Below, one piece after another: positions 61,906-64,000 of a DNA stretch of 64,000 nucleotides. Origin of the DNA: Vicugna vicugna (Eukaryota); assembly GCA_013265495.1 (NCBI GenBank), contig MU061578.1, forward strand, positions 2,489,308 to 2,553,307. The letters are read 5' to 3'. The stretch's first letter is position 1; every line of letters starts with the position of its first letter. The position numbers and the translations under genes are program-made. Below the pieces are notes generated by a model. That model was not told where the DNA came from and made no database searches. It was given only the letters and a program-made list of their open reading frames with translations.

Positions 61906-62329
61906 CCCCTGGTACACAGACCTGCCAGTTCTCTGAGAATAAATAAAAGCCAAAAGCAGTATATTCTCCTCAAACACCAAGGTCAGAAGAGGCTTTGAGG
62001 AAGGGGCTTAATCCCCCAGAGAGCGGCTGTCACAGAAGCACCAGAACGTGGGCTGAGAAGGAGAGCACATGGGAGTGGAGAGCAGGGTGCCACGTCCGAC
62101 CCCAGCCCAGGCTTCCTTCCTGGTTCAGAGCCTCAACTGTGAAATGAGGCATATAATAGTGTCCCTGGACACTGTGAGGCATGCCTGAAACATTTAACTT
62201 AAATCAGCCTCAAACTCAATTCCTCAGAAATGAGCCCAGGGCTCTCAAGGTGCTGCTGCTCTCCAGAGTTGTCCTAAATTTCTTCCCTCAAACCCCTGGA
62301 ATCATCACTCACTTCAATCAGGAGACCAG

Positions 62330-62830
62330 AGCCCTCAGCCTCCTCCCCACCATCTTCTCCACTACCTCCCCTTCTGCTGGCTTCCCTCAATGCCAAATGT
62401 GCCTCCTACTTTTGTACAGCTGTTACTCTGTCTCCTGGCCCTTCACAACACATGCAAATACACACACATAAGTGTACACACACATGCACACTCATATATG
62501 TATTTGCACAAACATGCACATACTTGTCCAAGCTAACACCCTTCAAAGTCTCAGCCTATGTGTCAGGAAAGCAGGGAAGACTTTGTGATACTCTTCACCT
62601 GGGTCTGGGTTGGATCTCCCTGTGACAAACTCTTGCAGCACTGTGCAGTTTTCCTTTGCAGCTCTGACCACAATTTCCAATAACTATTTCCCCAGGAAAA
62701 TGTCTATTTAACATCTGTCTCTCCCACCGTCCATGAGCTCCATGGGAACAGAGAACTTCTGTCCTGTTCACCCAGCATGTTGCACATAGAGTTAAGTTAC
62801 ATGGAAGTCACTGAATAATACAGGGAGAGA
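62330..62830 (+). mobile_element. L2 3' region
   Basis: ttcaaagtctcagcctatgtgtc...ctgtctctcccacc...tgagctccatgggaacagagaac. Confidence 0.65.
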
Positions 62831-62939
62831 AGGAGTTGTACCCATTTTAAAGATGGACACATTGATCCCAGCATGAATCAGCAGTCACCAGGACTCAGCC
62901 TTCTAATCCCCTAGGAGGTGACATATATTTAATTCATTC

Positions 62940-63350
62940 ACATTTATCACGGACATTTTCAAACACACATACAGAAGAGTATGCACTACCAGACCCCCAC
63001 ATCGCTACTGTCTGGCTTCAACTGCTACCCATTTTCTGCGATTCTTGCTTCATCTGCCCACCCTTCCCACTTTGGTTAGTTGATTAATTGGTTTTCTTAG
63101 AATATATCAAAGCAAATCCAAAACATATGTCAAGAGTATCACATATATACTTCAATGTGTATTCCTAACAAATAAGAGCTTTTCAATACATAGCCATGAT
63201 ATCATTATCATGCTCAACTTAATTAACAATGATTCCTTAATAAAATCAAATGAGCCCAGGTCTCAAAAATATATTTTAATAGTTTTTTTGAGGGGGCGGT
63301 GTGTGTGTGTGTGTGTGTGTGTGAATTAGGATCTTAAGAAGGTCCACAAG
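62940..63350 (-). mobile_element. Ancient L1MC/ME 3' fragment with (TG)n
   Basis: ggacattttcaaacacacatacaga...aaagcaaatccaaaacatatgtca...aattaacaatgattccttaata; (TG)n at ~63298-63323. Confidence 0.65.
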
Positions 63351-64000
63351 GTATCACCTCATACCAGTCAGAATGGCCATCATTCAAAAATACACAAATG
63401 ACAAATGCTGGAGAGGCTGTGGAGAAAGGGGAACTCTCCTACACTGCTGGTGGGAATGTGGTTTGGTGCAGCCACTGTGGAAAATTCCTAGTCAAAAGAC
63501 TAGGCATAGACTTACCATATGACCCAGGAATCCCACTCCTGGGCTTATAGCCAGAAGGAACCCTACTTCAGGATGACACCTGCACCCCAATGTTCATAGC
63601 AGCACTATTTACAATAGCCAAAACATGGAAACAGCCTAAATGTCCATCAACAGATGACTGGATAAAGAAGATGTGGTATATTTATACAATGGAATACTAC
63701 TCAGCCATAAAAAACACCGACAACATAACGCCATTTGCAGCAACATGGATGCTCCTGGAGAATGTCATTCTAAGTGAAGTAAGCCAGAAGGGGAAAGAAA
63801 AATACCATGTGAGATCGCTCATATGTGGAATCTAAAATACAAAAACAAAAACAAACAAAAAAAAACAAAGCATAAATACAGGATAGAAATAAACTCATAG
63901 ACATAGAATACAGACTTGTGGTTGCCAGGGGGGCGGAAGGTGGGAAGGGATAGACTGGGATTTCAAAATTGTAGAATAGATAAACAAGATTATACTGTAC
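63351..64000 (+). mobile_element. Young camelid-like L1, ORF2 C-terminus + 3'UTR (runs off the window; disrupted)
   Basis: [13 protein letters not shown]...[19 protein letters not shown] and [41 protein letters not shown] (L1 ORF2 C-terminus); frameshift near 63480 and an in-frame TAG. Confidence 0.95.

Noticed and set aside
63590..63835. 81-aa [21 protein letters not shown]...
   Set aside because: L1 ORF2 C-terminal remnant in a truncated, disrupted element; not a host gene.
1..64000. CRISPR arrays, operons, tRNA/rRNA genes, CpG island, processed pseudogenes
   Set aside because: None seen. The sequence is CpG-depleted mammalian DNA, and its periodic repeats are simple microsatellites rather than repeat-spacer arrays.

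Overview
Mammalian (eutherian) non-coding genomic DNA, either a gene desert or a very large intron. It is most likely from a camelid: it carries cetartiodactyl-type and camelid-like L1 3' ends, and I saw no Alu, B1/B2, PRE1, Bov-A/BovB or CanSINE. I found no convincing protein-coding exon, RNA gene or prokaryotic-type system. Much of the window is layered transposon debris: L2, MIR, MaLR (MLT1), ERVL (MLT2, LTR16, LTR33, MER74-like), hAT-Charlie MITEs, old and young L1 fragments with readable target-site duplications (TSDs), and one intact ERV1-type solo LTR. Between these lie repeat-free islands rich in homeodomain/TALE motifs that resemble conserved developmental enhancers. The most notable observations are: a nested, near-complete MaLR provirus with an internally inverted MLT2; a 42-bp templated insertion copied from 810 bp upstream; a repeat-free 90-aa minus-strand ORF with a Kozak start and a nearby AATAAA; and several enhancer-like islands. 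Repeat family names come from recalled consensus sequences, not from a search. Boundaries are approximate unless a TSD is quoted.
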